Assembly: GCA_035221665.1 (NCBI GenBank)
Contig: CM069134.1
Span: 19,406,001-19,470,000 of the forward strand
Length of the DNA: 64,000 bases
Source: Okamejei kenojei
Taxonomy: Eukaryota
Direction of reading: 5' to 3'
The position numbers and the translations under genes were made by a program. The notes below the pieces were generated by a model. The model ran no database searches. It saw only the letters and a list, made by a program, of their open reading frames with translations, and was not told the DNA's origin. Every line of letters starts with the position of its first letter. Position 1 is the first letter of the stretch. Positions 25,701 through 38,875 of this stretch are shown here, piece after piece.

Positions 25701-27614
25701 GAAAATATTGGGAAATTATTTTTTACATCACTCTACACAATTATGTATGCAGACCTGTATTTATTAACCCACTTGTATGACATGCCAATGTGATTTACTG
25801 TCATTACACTTTTGACATGTAATGTAATATGAACACAGCAGTAAATATGTTTTAGTGATGTTGGTTGAGGTGAGGATATTAGCCAAAATGTCAAGAAATA
25901 TCTCCTCAAGAAATCCCACTGACGTGTCCTCAATATAGTGCCATGAAATATATATCTTTCAATCAACCTGGCAGAATAAATGGGACCCAGGTTTAATGCA
26001 TATGTTAAAGGCAGAATCTCTTCCAGTGTTGCACTCAAGTGGTGTTGATAAGGTTTATTTCTCTTCGGTTTTTTTTCTAAACCAGCATTGCAGTTCCTTG
26101 TATCTAGCAGTTTTTTTCTCTCTACATGGGAAATGGAACCAGTTCATGTGTGACCTAGATCCCAAAATACTGCCAATTGAACCCCAGTGAACACATATGA
26201 GGACCGGCTTACAAATGGTTCCTTGAACTCATCTTTCAACAACTAGGATTGTCGGTTAACTTGTAGATTTACAGCTTGCAAATGGAGTCCATGTTGGGTT
26301 ATGTTTACTTGCTGACTGAAGATTGTGGTAAATTATTAAATACGTCTGAGTTCAATCCACTGCTTTCGTGTCACTCCACCCCCTTCTGATGACACCATTG
26401 CATGTGCATCTTTACTTGGAAAATCGTATTAACAGAGTCTGAGGTTCAAAGTTTAATGCTAAAAACCGGGTGGGTATACGTTTAATTATTGACAGCGTTT
26501 CAACATTTTAAATTGCAGTTACCTTATTTTTAAATTATCGACCTGTTCTTTTGATTGAGATCGTGAACTATCTAACAATAAATCTAAAAATTCCATGGTG
26601 GTTTTGTAGTATCTGAGAGCAACTGTATCGTGGATTCTTAAACCTAAATCCTAATCGTGGATAAAATACGCCTGAATTCGCTGCCATGATAGCATTGCCT
26701 GCATCTCCTTGTTTTAGCGGGGACTATTGTTCCTTCATAATGCAAGCAGAAGACGATTCCATGTCGCCTTATCTCACCCCACCGTGACCATTTGCCTCGT
26801 TAAATTAAGTGGCTGGGAGTGTTCAATGTTTTCCCACGATAGACTTTAACACAGTAGTTGATGTGATACCTTTTTAAAAAGGGCATCTTCAATGGGAATG
26901 GCTCAGTGGTTAGAGAACCCAATTAACGCTTTTTAACTCGTTTAACCTGGAGAATAGATGCAATGATCAGATTTTCTGGGAGGGGAGGGGTGGTAGGATG
27001 CCTCCTTTGGGTTTGCCAGGTCGGGTTTTGTTTTATTTTTCAGCCGTTTAACACCACGCTTTCTCTATTCTGTAGATCGCACGTGACTGTTAACAATTTT
27101 CCGTCACTACGTAACAGATTTGTTTAATTCCACGGGCAGCAGAGAGGAAAAAACCAAAAAAAGAACATAAACCTTTGCATGATCTTGCTGGGGAAATTAT
27201 ATCTCTGTCTTCCGTTTATCTGATTTAATCTAAGATTACAAATAAATGAGCTCATTTTCAAGTAACTGGCTTTGCATTACGAAAACTGGTTAGCCTAGTG
27301 GATGCAAGAATTGAAATACACAACTTTACTGCATTCACTTTGTCTAAAATTAGAATTAGAAAGCTGCAGGAGTTGGTTACAAGTCTCTTGCCTAATAGGG
27401 AAGATTCACCCATAACAACCGGATAGTTGTGTATTTCCAGTAAGAATTTGTTTTAATTTTCGATTACTATGTTGTTCAGTTTCTTCACATGGCATGTTAT
27501 CCATAAAATTATATTCCTTCAATACGTGTGCTTAGGTAAGCAATCTTGACTGTTAGTAATTATCAACGAAAACTGGGCTGGCATGGCATAGAAAACGTGA
27601 ATGGATCTGAAACA

Positions 27615-27750
27615 TGTGCATAGGAAGGAACTGCAGATGCTGGTTTACACCAAAGATAGACACAAAATGCTGGAGTAACTCAGCGGGACAGGCAGCATCT
27701 CTGGATAGAAGGAACAAGTGATGTTTCGGTTCGAGACCCCTCTTCAGACT
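27615..27750 (-). mobile_element. Solo pLTR-derived element
   Basis: ggaaggaactgcagatgctggtttacacc...tgctggagtaactcagcggg...gtttcggttcgagacccctcttcagac. Confidence 0.85.
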
Positions 27751-28151
27751 GATTTACATTTGTTTGTATATTTCCGAAATGCACTTTAATGCAAAATGAA
27801 TCCTGAGCTGTAACTTTATATTCATGGAAAATCCTGAATTGGGACAAATCCTAATTGAGAAAAAAATGTTTAGAGTGGCTGAGTAATATCATAATAGTGG
27901 GTGCTTTACATAGTATAATCTATTAAAATACAGATTACATTGTTGAGTGCAAAAATAAAATTTTAGTGATGCATTGGATTACAAATGCTAAAAAAAGATA
28001 AAGACCAATGCTTTTCTAATTAACAGAAGCTTAAACTCTGCATGCTATTCTTGGAAGTATTGCTGCCTTGCAGACTGAAGTTATCATTCATATTTAAAGA
28101 TAGTACCTGCTGTGTCTGGATTGGACTGGCGGGGTTACATAAGCCGCTTAC

Positions 28152-28318
28152 CATTCTCTTCTGCGGTTTGATAAGAGGTCGGCTGAGTCCGTTCATCTTA
28201 TGGTACAAACCGCAGGCGTTGCACAAGTAATGGCCGGTGCCATCGCGCCGCCAGAGGGGAGTGGACATGGAGCCACAATTGACACACTCGCGGGCCTCGG
28301 ATAGCTCGTCCAGTAGCT
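28152..28318 (-). CDS. gata6: GATA6 exon encoding the N-terminal zinc finger
   Basis: [56 protein letters not shown] (C-x2-C-x17-C-x2-C). Acceptor ggcag|AG, donor ATG|gtaagc. 167 bp, phase 1 to 0, joins the previous exon in frame. Confidence 0.98.
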
Positions 28319-28914
28319 CTGCCGTCCACGAACAAAAATAAATAACACCAGTTGTTGAAATAACGTACACAACATATTTCACCAAAAATTGTGCAAAATG
28401 ATTCCAATGAATCAACGTCTATGGACGACTGCATTATGATTGACTAAACACCAAAAAATACATGACTGTCTGTAAAGCATTTCCATAGATTCTGAAAAGA
28501 CTTCGAAAAGCAAACCTTTCCTCCCAACCACCTCAGTGAATCAGGAGAAGAGTTTTAAATGATCTGGGGAAATAATATTTCGCTATGAATGGAATTCTGT
28601 TCTCCAGCGGTATTTTAAATTGTTTACATATCACACATGGTGGACATTTTTTTTTAATGTTTAAGGTTGATGATTACCAATGTTTGAAGAAGATTTGAAT
28701 TTTCTATTTTAATGTCTAACGAGTTTCAATTTTTAACTTTGTCTTATTACATTTGTCCAAATTACCTCAATATTCCACATGCTTTCCTATGCATATTTTA
28801 AGGAAGTGATCCAGCCATTAAAACAGGGAATTGGTTTGCCACGACAGAATACTAAACACAAGGGCCTGGTTTAGGGTAAGAGGTAAGCTCATTGACAAAC
28901 ATTTATACAGTGAA

Positions 28915-29108
28915 CTAGGAAGGAACTGCAGATGCTGGTTTACACCAAAGATCACCGAAGATAGACACAAAAAGCTGGAGTAACTCAGCGGGACAGGCAG
29001 CATTCTCTGGTGGACTCCGAAGACTCGACCCGAAACGTCGCCTATTCCTTTTCTCCAGAGATGATGTCTGACACGCTGAGTTACTCCAGCTTTTTGTCTC
29101 TATCTTCA
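28915..29108. mobile_element. Fold-back pLTR-derived element
   Basis: gaagatagacacaaaaagctggagtaactcagcg ... cgctgagttactccagctttttgtctctatcttc inverted arms. Confidence 0.85.
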
Positions 29109-29449
29109 TTTGTAAAGTAAGCGTTGGTCTGTATTTACTCGCTCCAGTTTTTCAATGGAGGTGGGGAACTCTGAAATTAAATTGATGATTTCGTCCAATC
29201 GAACAACTGGCGGAATTTTAGACAAAAGCATCACCTTAAATATCGGGTGGCGTTACTGCAGAGGTTTTGTCTCTACGATTTCCCTAATGAGTGCTCATGC
29301 TTATTGGAGAATGCTTTGTCTTCCACAAAGCACGATCTCCAGCCTAAACTATTATACCACATCTCATTCCAAGTCAAAACAGCACCAGCGGTGAACCCTG
29401 GGCTAACTCTTGCGAGCTGGGGAATAGCTGACTACAATGTTCCGCTTAA

Positions 29450-29750
29450 ATGGACACAAAGTGCTAGGATAACTCAACAAGCCAGGTCATGTCTCTGGAG
29501 AACATGGATAGGTGGCGTTTCTATATGGATAGGTTTCTACATGGATAGGCTAGAAACGCCACCTAACCATATTATCCAGAGTACACAAAAAGCTGGAGAA
29601 ACTCAGCGGGTGCAGCTAAGGAGCGAAGGAGATAGGCGACGTTTCGGGTCGAGACCCTTCTTCAGACCTTACGTCAACATATTATCCAGAGTTGCTGCCT
29701 GACCTGCTGTTAACCACTTTTGAGTGTTAACCAGCATCTGCAGTTATTTA
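29450..29750. mobile_element. Older fold-back pLTR element containing a younger solo copy (about 29580-29668) with an intact hammerhead core
   Basis: catattatccagag is duplicated on both sides of the inner copy; inner core at 29638-29665. Confidence 0.8.
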
Positions 29751-32199
29751 TTTCTCAATTTCTCCGCTGCTGGTGTATTTTAGTCAACCGGTGACTCAAG
29801 AAAACGCTTGGTAGCGAGCTAATAAAACCGACCACAAATGTATCGAGCAGCTACACGATGCAGAGATGTTTTAAATAAATAATGCTACATGGATATATAG
29901 CACACCAGTTCTCAGTCTGACTGGCAACATTTCTGCCTTCGATTTATACAAATCATTTTAAATAGAGAGTTTACTCGTTGGTATTCTAGTGGATGTTAAT
30001 ATCCATTTATTCTTCCGGTATTACTCTATCGATTGCAGTGATAACTAGCGGTTCCAAATTGACCAGAAACTTCCTTTCCGCTAATCAATGTAGTCACTGG
30101 AAGCAGGGTGCGGGCGGGCCAGTGAACATAATATGATATAAAATGGTAAGTCACCGAGTTACGTGTATTTCGTTAAATGCATTGCTTTCCATTGGAATAA
30201 CCGTTCAGTATTGATGCACTTGGAGATGTATCTTCCAGAAAATATAATCCTACAAATTAGGTGAAACGGGAAATGTAACGATTAAAATTTTAGCTATTGA
30301 TGAAGTCCCAAAGTGGATGCCAATGTGTACTGTGATTACAACTGAAAATGCTGGAAATACCCGACAGACAAGTCGTGTCAAAGATCTTCCGCTGGGAAAT
30401 CTTTCCTCTGTTTCTCTTTCCACAGAGGCAGTGAGTAATTCCTGTATTCAGTTTTTATTAGATTCCCTGCACCTACAGTTTATTTTTTTTAATCTTCGTG
30501 CCTATATATACTGCATTGATTACTACAAAAAATAAATACCAAGATTGGGGGGCGTTTGAAATAAGATGAGTGTGTGTGTGTCCCTCTCTCACTGCCTGCT
30601 GTCGGGCCCGCTGAGTATTTCCAGCAATGTAGTATTTGATTCCACGGGCATGGAAACATCAGAGACAGGGAACCAGACGCCATAGATGTTGCAATTAAAA
30701 CAGAAATCCTCAGCATATCCGCATTGTCCCACAATTGGTTAAAACTATTCTAATTGTTAATGCGTTGTAGCCGCGCAATCAACTCCTGTGAAAGAGACGG
30801 TGGCATGTCCTGCAGTAATTCTCGCCTTTTCATATTTGTGTATATAACAAAAATATGAATGTTGTCAGATAAACATCTGGACAAATAAACTTTAAAGGTT
30901 TCAAATGTTTCAAATGTCTTTTATTGCCACGTTTACCGATTGAGGTACAGTGATATGAGAAACTTCCCCTTTCCTATTCCAAAATGTTGGCGGTTCCGCT
31001 CTGAGTTTCTAATAGTTGCTACATTTTTTTAATAAATTGTAGTAAATCGCAATACCTCAAATTGTCAACGTCTTGTTTGTGCGGTGATTAATTAAAACAG
31101 AACACTCGACGCTAAATAAATTAGCCCCCACATCCCCGCGGCCAACATTCGGCATCCCCATCTTCCTTCCCAAGATTGCTGGAAATGTACAAGTTGTCGA
31201 GGCCAGGGCCACAGTTATCTGCTCGTTCTCAAGTGAAGGAACACGCGCTCTCTGCACTTTTCTCCGACCTTATAAAATCACTCGACCTACAGCCTCGGGC
31301 AATAAATCAACTGCGCTATAATGCCATTAAATCAGACGGCTGGACCTTCCTATAATTGTCCTAGTTAATAATGATGATAAATGAACAGGGAATCCCCGTG
31401 GGATACCATGAGACGAAATAATTTTACGCTAGCAAATCCATTTACAAATGCCGTTGTACCATTGTAATAAGCGTGTTTAATATTTAAACTGTAACACGCT
31501 CAAAATGCACCTTTTCGTCCCCTTAAAAAATCTCGAAGATGGCCCGAGGCGACAGAGAGAGGTGTAAGGTCCTGCTAAGGGGCTGCAAAATGCTAGGAGG
31601 ATTTATATGTAAGCTGCAAGTCTACACTACAAAGAATTACTCGAGACAATGTCTCCCAGAGATTGATCACTGCAACAACAAACATCAAAGCAGCGAAAGG
31701 AGAGAATTAATCCTTCATATATATATTCGCAGCAGTTGCTGTACAAACGCTGCCTTCAAACAGTTGAGGTGTTTCCACAGTTAAGTTTACTTTGCGGGTA
31801 TTTTAAAAGTTAATTGGTTTAACGCAATTGTCTCTACATTCACAATTCGCTTTAATATCTAACTGAAGAGATGTGACAATGTGGCTCCAAAGGGAGCAAG
31901 CAAATTAACGTCGAAATCCATTGCCAAATGGGTGCGGGTTTACGTTGAAAGGTGGCTATCCACCGTCTCGGTTGTATGGGAAGATGGACATAATTAAGAA
32001 CGACAATGTGTTAAATGCAGAAGGCAAAACACTTCAAGTTCTAGAAGTGCGAGACATCAGAAAAAGGAGCCAGCCAGGATGCCAGACCTCCAAGGCCTGT
32101 TTCAAAGTACAGAACCGTCTCCTCCATTCAAACAAGACATCGTTGATTCAACAACTCATCATTATGTCAGCATTCAACAATGCGTAAAGAAAATGCAGT

Positions 32200-32330
32200 C
32201 GGTACACAAAAGGCTGGAGAAACTCAGCGGGTGCAGCAGCATCTAAGGAGCGAAGGAAATAGGCAACGTTTCGGGCCGAAACCCTTCTTCAGACTTCAGT
32301 CTACAAAGCATCTGCAGTTCCTTCTTTACC
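32200..32330 (-). mobile_element. pLTR-derived element with hammerhead core variant (UUCG loop, GUU triplet) at 32265-32292
   Basis: Minus strand reads CTGAAGA-A-GGGT-TTCG-GCCC-GAAAC-GTT. Confidence 0.85.
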
Positions 32331-33044
32331 AAGAAAAATATAGTCTGTCAGTTCCGATTTTTGGAGTGTGTGTTATGGACCTTATTCCATCTGGATAGAA
32401 TTCATATTCCAAAGGCGAAATACCGCTCATAAGCATGGGGAGATTATTACATTTTCTCTGTGAACTGTCTTGGGCAACCCCCAACTCTAAACAAAACTGA
32501 GAAAGCAGCTTCCTTATTGCATTGGAACAGAAGATTAAATTTATTTAACCCATCCCACATAAAGCTGCACAGTGGCTGCAAGTGTGAAATACTTTACATT
32601 TCAAAAGGTTCCGACTGAAAGTATTTATAATTAATTCACTGAGAAGTGAAAATAATTAAATCCCATCTCCTTGTCGTCGTGTCCTATTTTTCACCGGAGA
32701 TCCAAAAATCTAGCTGCTATATTTCGTCAAACTGAACCATTCTCAGTGGTTTATAATTCATTGTACAATAATAACAACTTGTACTCCTAGCTGCAATGAT
32801 CCTATAAACACTTAACCCTGAAATATTCTGTCCACTATAAATTGTGAATCCATCTAATGTGAAATATTGTAGTAACAACGACGTTCAATTATAACATGTC
32901 TTCACTTTATAGATTTAAACTTAGGTTGTGAACTTTTTTTTTAAATTTACCTGGCCTTATCTTATTTACCTGGTTGGCAAAAACATGTTCGTTTAATTTA
33001 CTAATTAATTTAAGAAGTAATTGTTATAAGTAACTATCGCAAGG

Positions 33045-33380
33045 TGGATCCGGTGGCGCAGCGGTAGAGCTACTTACTGCCTTACAGCAGCAGAGACCCG
33101 GGTTCCATCCTGATCACGGGTGCTCTCTGTATGGAGTTTGTACATTCTACCCGTGACCTGCCGCGGGGTTTCTCCGGGAGCCCCGGCTTCCTCCCACACT
33201 CCAAAGACGTACAGGTTTGCACTTTAATTTGGTTGGTAAAATAGTAAATTGTCAATGGTCTGTGTAGGATAGTGTTGGGATCCTACGCTAGGATCACACT
33301 GTGCTGGGATTACTGTTCCGCGCGAAATCGGTGGGCCGAAGGGCCTGTTTCAGCACGTTATCTCTAAACTCAACTAAACC
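33045..33380 (+). mobile_element. HE1/V-SINE-like SINE, full length
   Basis: A box tggcgcagcgg, B box ggttccatcc, V core, tail gggccgaagggcctgtttc...tctctaaactcaactaaa. Confidence 0.9.
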
Positions 33381-34647
33381 GATTAAAATATAATTTGCCG
33401 TTTCTGTTAAACGATTTACGTTGTGAACTATTTGAATGAATCGATAACGTTGTATTTGTTGGTTTCTGCTTAATCTGAGACTTCGGTTTACAACCCGAAC
33501 TAATTCGCGATCTATGGCTCACGAGTTTCTCCAAGCAATCTTGGCCATAACCCCTACCATCAATAGACGCAGAGACAGCAGGAAACTGTGATCTTTAGAA
33601 TGAACATGGCATTGTCAACAAGTACCTATACTGACAATTCCAATGTTAGACCAGCCTGGGGACTTAGAGATGCGCTGCTGCATATTACTGTGGAATATCC
33701 AAAGGAAATAACTATTTGATCCATAAAGGCGATTTACCTATTAGAATTCTATTACTGCTGACAGTTTATACGTACGCAGTGCAACTGTGTTAAAGATTGT
33801 CTTTGCTGCAAGCTGCAAATACATTGTGATCTTGAAATCATTTTATCTATTAAAATCTGGTCAGACAAGATAAGAATGACTAATGTCATGTGGAAGAAAT
33901 TAAACTTGATTTTCGGATTTGCGGTTTAACCTCGACAGCAGGGCTGTTTTAAGAACCGTTACTGGTCCGAACCAGTTATGTTTCCGTAAGCGGCGTAAAC
34001 CAGTAACACGCCTACCGTTACGATAGCTCGCAACCTTTTGCATCGCTGCTGCGGGTTCCTATGGCCTCGGAGGTGTCAACATTACAAAGCCAAAAATATG
34101 CCATTGACAACTCGCCAGCATTATGACAACTTCTTTCTACACGTCCATCTAAATAATTATTTATATTTTGTGTCGGCTGCTTGCTGCTCATGAGTTTATT
34201 GGGGCGAAGGTTGTAGGCCTTTTGATGTTTTATTTTGCTTGGAAAGGGGCTACATTTTAAAATATGCACCTTACATGGATAAAACATATCGTGTTCAACT
34301 AAAATTATATTTAACATTGGGAACTATAACATGGGTTTTATTAACTATTAAATCTCGCTTATTTTCAAGCAAAGACCTTCAAATGCCGATATTTTAATTT
34401 CTGAACCTAGATTTTCAGCTCGTCAAATTGATTCGGATTTGGTTAACTTTTGTTTTTCTGCATCTTTCCTCGAGGAAAAGTCGTTTAACAGTCACTATTC
34501 ATATTAAATAAATGTCATGTGAACTAAATGCGTCCGCGGAGACAGTTTAATGCGAGGCCAATATAAGTCTCCCGCACTCTCGGAGTTGGGGTTCAGACAT
34601 GCATGGTGCAGGATTCAAAGGAAGCACATCGCTACTATTACAAAACT

Positions 34648-34855
34648 AAGATAGACACAAAATGCTGGAGTAACTCAGCGAGTCAGGCAGCATCGCTAGA
34701 GAGAAAATAATAGATGACGTATCGGGTCGGAACCCTTCTTCAGTCATCTATTATTTTTCTTCAGAGATGCTGCCTGGCCCGCTGACCCGCTGAGTTACTC
34801 CAGCATTTCGTGTCCGTCTTCGGTTTAAACCAGCATCTGCAGTTTCTTCGTACAC
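34648..34855. mobile_element. Fold-back pLTR-derived element
   Basis: Inverted arms aagatagacacaaaatgctggagtaactcagcg / cgctgagttactccagcatttcgtgtc; core mutated (GAAA to GATA). Confidence 0.85.
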
Positions 34856-36989
34856 TATTGGTGAACAATTATCGGGTGGGTGGCTGGGGAATGGGTGGAG
34901 TTCGTTGCCCTACTCCTTAATAAATATAACACAATTACTAATATTCAAAATTACCAAATCAAACAAGTTATAACCTTCCGAAGACATGAATGCAGATGTA
35001 GGTGGACACCAATGATCATAGAATATTTGTATCTTTGGATCATAGCTCTTAGTATCTTTGGTAGACACTGTTCTTTTAATTTTTACTTGAAATATTTTAT
35101 TGTATTACCCGTTAGCATAGGCAATGGGGATGAACGCTTATTCCTTTTATTGTAATATCTGTTACCTTGTTCATAAATCGGCGGTGAACTGGTAAGGACT
35201 CGCTGTAACCAATCTTAAACGTCACTGACATAATAACTCCCTCTGGGAGCTCATTTCACTACACTATTTCCCATTGTAGTTCAATTAAGCCAGACATGTC
35301 TTAAAAGGAGGGCATTTGTTTAAGTCTGTTTGCAAGGCTGGATGGTTTTATGCATTTCAGATTCACCTTGTTCTGATTTTGGGAAAAAGAAATGCATTTA
35401 AAAATCGTAATTTGATAACCAGTACGACTGTAATGTTTCAGATTCGTTTGTTACTACTCGATGGACTAGAAAATAGATTTAGATGACTGTGTACGTGTCT
35501 GTATGGACTCTTATGATAACAATCCATCTCCCTAACTTCTGAAAGCCTTCATTGAATTTCTGCGAGGCGAAAGTGCTTACACTCCTAACATATAATCATT
35601 TAATACAATAAATTAGTCTAATTTGGTGTCAGTTCCATTATAGGACGCACCTATGATTAGGATCAAGATTAATAGGATTCCCATGAGTATTGGAGAGATA
35701 GTGTTACATGGAAATAAGCAGGAGAATGGCACCGGGTGCGATGCAAGTGAGAGCCGACATCAACTCGATGGGCCGATCGGCCTCCTTGGAGTAGTAGGAA
35801 TTAATCAGAAACGCAATTCCTGAGATTATGATTCAAGTATAGAGGGAAGTCAAAGTTCACCAAATACACGAATATTGGGTGAAAATGATGAAATTACTTT
35901 GATTATGATTACCCTTGTTCACCAGAATAGGCGTTTTTCAATGGCTATCAATCGATGTGAATGCGCGGTCTTAATATTCCGCATATCTACCAAAATAAAG
36001 TTACTTTATTTGGTAGACATCTACCAAAATCTCCGAACAACCGAAATCTCCCAACACAAATATATTTCAAAATGCGTGTTGTGACACTTGTGAATGCATC
36101 AAAAAAGAAACAAGCGTACAAGTTCATACAGTTAATTGTGCATGCTGCCGTTTGCGTTTATTTGGCAACATGAATTGACACTATCATAGTTATTTGACGT
36201 GTGAATTCGCCGGCTAAATCAACTGCTAATTTGATTTGTTGCCGTCTTTGTAGGAGTCTCCATTGTGTATTTCAAAATTATTGCTTGTGTCTAGGAAATG
36301 TAACCCGTTGCTCTTTCTTGTCACGCCTCGCCATTTAGGTGGTGTCGCAGACTTTAAAAAACTGCATTTTGTTCTGCTTTTATTTCTTCAGTGTGCTCCA
36401 ATATTTCCAAAGTTTATCAGCTGCAGTAATTTATAAATCTACAGCCATTGGCGGTATGTCTAACTTATTGAGATGGGCATTCTCGGTGAATTAAATGTAT
36501 GGAAATGAACTGGTCTCAAAATACTAAACTTGGATTTTGTTCGGACTATATCAATTCGTGTGATTTTTGTTGATTTTGGCCATGCTTTGTACACGATGCC
36601 CACTTATGTAGTATGATGTACACGGACTGCTCTGCAGTCACACACTGTAGTGTGTCCGCCAACAGCCTCTGTGGTCCGACAGCGTCGAGGCGTAAAGTAG
36701 GAACGAAGCTAAAAGACCAGTACAGAATTTCGTTCACTGCTTGTTAAAAAGAAGACAACAAAATTCCTACACGATGACCACTCCTGACAAATCCAACAAT
36801 GGAACGAGTGGCTGGAAAACTGCAGTAAAGACCACTCGATTTCACTAGCAAGGGCGACGCACAAAACTACCACGTTTAATTTACCATTGTTATCGTTGAA
36901 AAATAACGCTCTCGATTTCAGGCCGAAACCATCCCGTCAATGTTGATCAAACATGACTGTGTAAGGGAGAACAGGAGAGACTATATAAG

Positions 36990-37185
36990 ATATAGACACA
37001 AAATGTTGGAGTAACTCAGCGGGACAGGCAGCATCTGTGGATAGAAGGAATGGGTGACGTTTCGGGTCGAGACCCTTCTTCAGAACCAGCCTTTCCTTCG
37101 AACCAGATACGCTGTCTGTCCCGCTGTTACTGTAACATTTTGTGTCCATCTTCGGTTTAAGCCAGCATCTGCAGTTCCTTCTTAC
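36990..37185. mobile_element. Fold-back pLTR-derived element with intact hammerhead core (37056-37083, minus strand)
   Basis: Explains the non-GATA tail LKKGLDPKRHPFLLS...PAELLQHFVS of ORF 36937-38127. Confidence 0.88.
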
Positions 37186-37250
37186 ATAGAATATATGCAT
37201 GGATGTCGGCCGTAACACAACACGCGTGTGGCACACAGAGGGTGACTTAC

Positions 37251-38100
37251 CTCCATTGGGTCCCCGAACAGGTATATTTGTAGGTCTTTGCAAACTCTGC
37301 AGCATAGGGTTTTCGAAGGAACCTGTAGCAGTCCAAGCCGAAGCCAGCTGGGGCCCAACGTAAGAAGTGTAAGGGCTGGGATAAGATCCATTGAGAGGTC
37401 TGGCCAAAGGGCCGGTGTACTGATCTCTGCCATTCAGACTGTTACTGTAGCCAGAATCTCGAGCTGCTCCGTTGGAAATGGGAGGACTGGGGGAAAAGGA
37501 GAACCTGCTGGAAACCATATCGTGAGGTCTGCTGGAGCTGTATGTCGAGCCTTCCGTGACAGGTTGAGTCCAGACCGAGTGGTTAGTAACGGGGTGACTC
37601 TGTTGGCTTGATCCGCTACCTTGGAGATAGGGGATGGTCTGGATCATGGAGCTAACCCTGGTGGTAGGAACGTAGACGGGAGAACTTGTACTGGAGTGCA
37701 TGAAGTTGTTGGAGACATCGTGTGGGTAGGTACTCGGACCCTGCACCGATGCCACGGGCAAACTTTGGTACATTTCAATCGACGGATGTGCCACAAATTC
37801 CCTTTTTATTCCTCTGGGCAGAAAGAGTTTGCCTGTTTGATCCAGATCCGCCATGAAGGTGGCGAGTTCGTGTGAAGAATGCCCAAATGCGTCTGCTGGC
37901 CTCCGCTGCAGGAGGTGATTCCTATCAGTGTCCAGAGTGGGTTCCGCCAATCTCAGGCCTTCTTCTGACCCCGAGCTTCCTTCTCCTCCGCTATGGTGGC
38001 GGCCCTGAAACTTTAGGTAAGGCTGGTCAGGCGGCGAGCTTAGGCCGTTTGGTCCGAGGTGCTTTGCCACGTTTGACCAGTCGGGTTCATTCGGGTCCAT
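37251..38100 (-). CDS. gata6: GATA6 first coding exon (N-terminal extension plus GATA-type activation domain); exon acceptor at 38136, 36-nt UTR portion 38101-38136
   Basis: Translation MDPNEPDWS...EMYQSL...SSPVYVPTTRV...IPYLQGSG...RFSFSPSPPISNG...NGSYPSPY...AW matches GATA4/5/6 activation motifs. The long extension before MYQ is the GATA6 hallmark. Acceptor tttctctag|G at 38136, ATG at 38100, donor G|gtaagt at 37251 (850 coding nt, phase 1). Confidence 0.96.
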
Positions 38101-38729
38101 CCAGGTTCCGAAAAGTCCAAACGCCAAAGTGCAGTCCTAGAGAAACCAAATAGACTGTAAGCCTAAAGGATCGATGACAGAGAAAGAGAGAGGGGGGAGA
38201 GAGGGAGAGGGAGATAGAGAAGGGGGGAGGGGGGAGAATACACAGGGCAAGATAGACATTCTCGGGTTCGCTGTTAATTAAATTAACTCGAATCTCTTTT
38301 TTATGGTTCTGACGCCCAGGAGACAAACGAGACATCAGACACTTAAATACCTCTTGCAAAACAAACTCCCTGGAACAATTCTGAGTGTTTTCTTTCAATA
38401 CAATGCAATTTGATAAAATAGGTAAAGAGTTGACGTATTATCCAGAGGTCACCTAGGGCCTATCTCCTGCGGTAGACGGCTCTGTGTGGTTCAATCGAAA
38501 GGTCCCGAGAGTACACCACTTTAAAGTTCACGGACCATTCAAAGTAATCCAATTTCTCCCAACTGTGTCTCCTGGTGTTGACCATGAAATAGTTACTGGC
38601 GGCCCTTTTTCGCTGGCCCGAGAGAATGTTCCCTGCCGCTCAAAAAGGGAACAGAAACTGTCGCGCAGTCACGAAGCTTCGCCGCGCCCGGAGATTGCTT
38701 ATAAAATATCAGAACCCTCGCCTACTTAC

Positions 38730-38875
38730 ACGGAAGATAGACGAGTTAAAAACAAAAGTGGAAAGTTAAACGGCCGTAAAGTTAACGGAGAGAACAGTGA
38801 GTGAGAGAGAGGGAGAGCGAGAGCGAGAGAGCGACAGTCGGGTGGACTATGAATCGCCCATACATCGCCATTTAC
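38730..38875 (-). other. gata6: Candidate non-coding first exon (exon 1b-like) of gata6
   Basis: Strong donor CGT|gtaagtag at 38730/38729 and TATAAAA on the minus strand at 38898-38904, about 30 bp upstream of the inferred start. Mammalian GATA6 has two alternative non-coding first exons. The 5' boundary is inferred. Confidence 0.55.

Noticed and set aside
33045-33125. tRNA gene (also at 1963, 57522 and other SINE heads)
   Set aside because: The A/B boxes continue directly into the V-SINE core and LINE-like tail; these are SINE heads, not tRNAs.
36937-38127. 396-aa ORF as a complete single-exon protein
   Set aside because: It reads through the donor at 37251 into intron and repeat sequence and starts at a non-ATG codon; only 38100-37251 is coding.
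28020-38127. Assignment as gata4 or gata5
   Set aside because: The 109-aa extension before MYQ, the motifs KMNGLSRPL and PKNLNKSK, and the short MTP...ASG penultimate exon fit GATA6 better.
37288-38153. Plus-strand ORFs overlapping gata6 exon
   Set aside because: Antisense shadows of GC-balanced coding sequence with no recognisable motifs.
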